In this document: piece after piece, positions 62,130 through 64,000 of the stretch
Layout of the letters: every line of letters starts with the position of its first letter
How positions within the stretch are numbered: position 1 is the first letter of the stretch
Origin: Candidatus Multivorans sp.
GTDB taxonomy: Bacteria; Acidobacteriota; Thermoanaerobaculia; Multivoradales; Multivoraceae
Direction: 5' to 3'
DNA length: 64,000 nt
Assembly: GCA_965224025.1 (NCBI GenBank)
Contig: OZ245033.1
Location: forward strand, 4,224,001 to 4,288,000
Translations under genes and position numbers: made by a program
Notes under the pieces: generated by a model
What the model was told of the DNA's origin: nothing
The model's database searches: none
The model's input: only the letters and a program-made list of their open reading frames with translations

Positions 62130-63986
62130 ATGCGCCCGACTCGCACGGTCCTCGCCGTTCCGACCCTTCTTTCGCTCTTCCTGCTCGGCTGCGCTGCCGG
62201 CGACCAGGAAGCCGGCGCCGGTGCTGCCGGCGGCGGCGACGCCGCGGCGCCGAACCCGCTCAAGGACGCCTACTTCGGCGACCTGCACGTGCACACGAAG
62301 TACTCCTTCGACTCCTACCTGTTCGGGACACGCACGAATCCCGACGACGCCTACCGATTCGCCAAGGGTGAGGCGATCGAGCACGCGAGCGGCCACCGGA
62401 TCCAGCTTCAGAGCGGCGCCTTCGACTTCCAGGCCGTGACCGATCACGGTCTCTATCTCGGCGTGCTCCCCGAGATGGACAACGCCGAGAATCCCCTCTA
62501 CGCGACCGAACTCGGCACCGATCTGCGGGAAGGGGGCGGTTTCGCCCGCGCCATCCAGGCGCTCCGCAGCGGCGAGTTCGCCGAACTTCCGGCGGACGCG
62601 CAGGACGACGCCAAGGGCAGTGCCTGGCAGGCGATCATCGAGGCCGCCGAGGCCCACAACGATCCCGGGACCTTCACCACCTTCGTGGGCTACGAGTACA
62701 CGACCTCGTCGAACGACCGGGGCAACCTGCACCGCAACGTGATCTTCCGCGGCAGCAACGTGCCGCCCAGGCCCTTCGCCTCGACCGACTCGCGCAATCC
62801 CGAGGACCTCTGGCGCTGGCTCGACGAACGCCGGGACGAAGGCATGGAGGCCCTCGCCATCCCGCACAACTCGAACGGCAGCAACGGCCACATGTTCAAG
62901 CTCGAGACGGTCGGCGGTGAGCCGCTCGACGCGGCGTACGCCGAGCTGCGGATGCGCAACGAACCCCTGGTCGAGATGACCCAGGTCAAAGGCACCTCGG
63001 AGACGCACCCGCTGCTGTCGCCGAACGACGAGTGGGCGGACTTCGAGATCTTCCCCTACCGCATCGCCACGCAGCTCTACAGCGAACCGAAGGGCAGTTA
63101 CGTCCGCGAGGCCTACGTTAACGGCCTCGTGCTCCAGGAGACCCTGGGCTTCAACCCGTTCCGCTTCGGCATCGTCGGAGCGACCGACACCCACAACTCC
63201 GGCGGCACGCCAGAAGAGCACAACTTCCACGGCAAGGTCGGCAGGGGCGACGGCACCGGCCAGCTTCGCGGCTCGGTGCCACTCGACGAGCCGACCGAGG
63301 ACGGCGAGATGTACAGACCGGCAAGGTACTGGGGCGGTTCCGGGCTGGCCGCCGCCTGGGCCGAGGAGAACACGCGCGACTCGATCTACGACGCCTTCCG
63401 GCGCAAGGAGACCTTCGCCACCAGCGGCCCGCGAATGCGGGTCCGGTTCTTCGGCGGCTACGGCTACACGGACGACCTGACCTCGGATCCGGACATGATC
63501 GCCGCCGCCTACGAAGGCGGCGTGCCGATGGGCGGCGACCTGCTCGCCGATGAAGGCCGGAGCCCCCGCTTCCTGGTCTGGGCCGCGCGCGACGCGGACA
63601 GCGCCCCGCTCCAGCGCCTGCAGATGGTCAAGGGCTGGGTCGAAGACGGCGAGGCCCGTGAACAGGTCACCGACATCGCCTGCGCGGACGGCGGCATGCC
63701 CTCCGGCGACCCGCTCCGCTGCCCGGACAACGGCGCCGGCGTCGATCTTTCCGACTGCAGCTACTCCCAGGACCTGGGCGCCGCCGAACTGTCGGCCATC
63801 TGGAGCGACCCGGACTTCGACGCGGCGCAGCACGCCATCTACTACGTACGCGTGCTCGAGAACCCGACCTGCCGCTGGTCGACCTGGGACGCGCTCCGCG
63901 CCGGCGTAGAGCCCAATCCCGACATGCCGGCCACGATCCAGGAGCGCGCCTGGTCTTCGGCGATCTGGTACGTCCCGGGCAGCTAA
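62130..63986 (+). CDS. DUF3604 family lipoprotein (PHP-like metallohydrolase)
   Basis: AAGGAG RBS, LLGC lipobox, GDLHVHT.YSFD, VTDH, NLHRNV, IPHNSN.SNG, TDTHN, QERAWSS.IWY. Confidence 0.92.
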   Translation: MRPTRTVLAVPTLLSLFLLGCAAGDQEAGAGAAGGGDAAAPNPLKDAYFGDLHVHTKYSFDSYLFGTRTNPDDAYRFAKGEAIEHASGHRIQLQSGAFDFQAVTDHGLYLGVLPEMDNAENPLYATELGTDLREGGGFARAIQALRSGEFAELPADAQDDAKGSAWQAIIEAAEAHNDPGTFTTFVGYEYTTSSNDRGNLHRNVIFRGSNVPPRPFASTDSRNPEDLWRWLDERRDEGMEALAIPHNSNGSNGHMFKLETVGGEPLDAAYAELRMRNEPLVEMTQVKGTSETHPLLSPNDEWADFEIFPYRIATQLYSEPKGSYVREAYVNGLVLQETLGFNPFRFGIVGATDTHNSGGTPEEHNFHGKVGRGDGTGQLRGSVPLDEPTEDGEMYRPARYWGGSGLAAAWAEENTRDSIYDAFRRKETFATSGPRMRVRFFGGYGYTDDLTSDPDMIAAAYEGGVPMGGDLLADEGRSPRFLVWAARDADSAPLQRLQMVKGWVEDGEAREQVTDIACADGGMPSGDPLRCPDNGAGVDLSDCSYSQDLGAAELSAIWSDPDFDAAQHAIYYVRVLENPTCRWSTWDALRAGVEPNPDMPATIQERAWSSAIWYVPGS

Positions 63987-64000
63987 GGCTTGGGCTACAG

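Overview
High-GC, diderm bacterial chromosome segment. It has a TonB receptor, a LolA-like protein, a DUF3604 lipoprotein and a sulfotransferase/DUF1214 pair. By inference only, this gene mix resembles Acidobacteriota or sponge-symbiont genomes. The core genes are archaeal-type DNA topoisomerase VI (top6B-top6A), pyruvate dehydrogenase aceE-aceF-lpdA, a TPP riboswitch with thiC, a NatAB-type ABC exporter, ispG, hslR and hutI/hutF/hutU/hutH. Short accessory pockets lie between them and hold an intact IS630, three type II TA loci, an XRE-ImmA/IrrE + PIN pair and many internally deleted gene remnants. Five observations stand out: (1) accessory cargo is repeatedly bracketed by diverged, often synonymously substituted, internally deleted copies of the neighbouring core genes (thiC/APH, ispG, sulfatase-like gene), which suggests additive capture of alternative alleles from related lineages; (2) an unannotated, strongly base-paired + strand RNA candidate lies at about 4.92-5.27 kb; (3) an envelope-modification cluster of one LtaS-like transferase and two AftB-like GT-C proteins shares a common C-terminal module; (4) a REP-like palindrome family includes one copy translated in-frame inside Top6A and one copy carrying a nested second element; (5) a bacterial Topo VI sits in an apparent operon with outer-membrane genes. 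No rRNA, tRNA or CRISPR array was seen. All family assignments come from motif recognition by eye, not from database searches.
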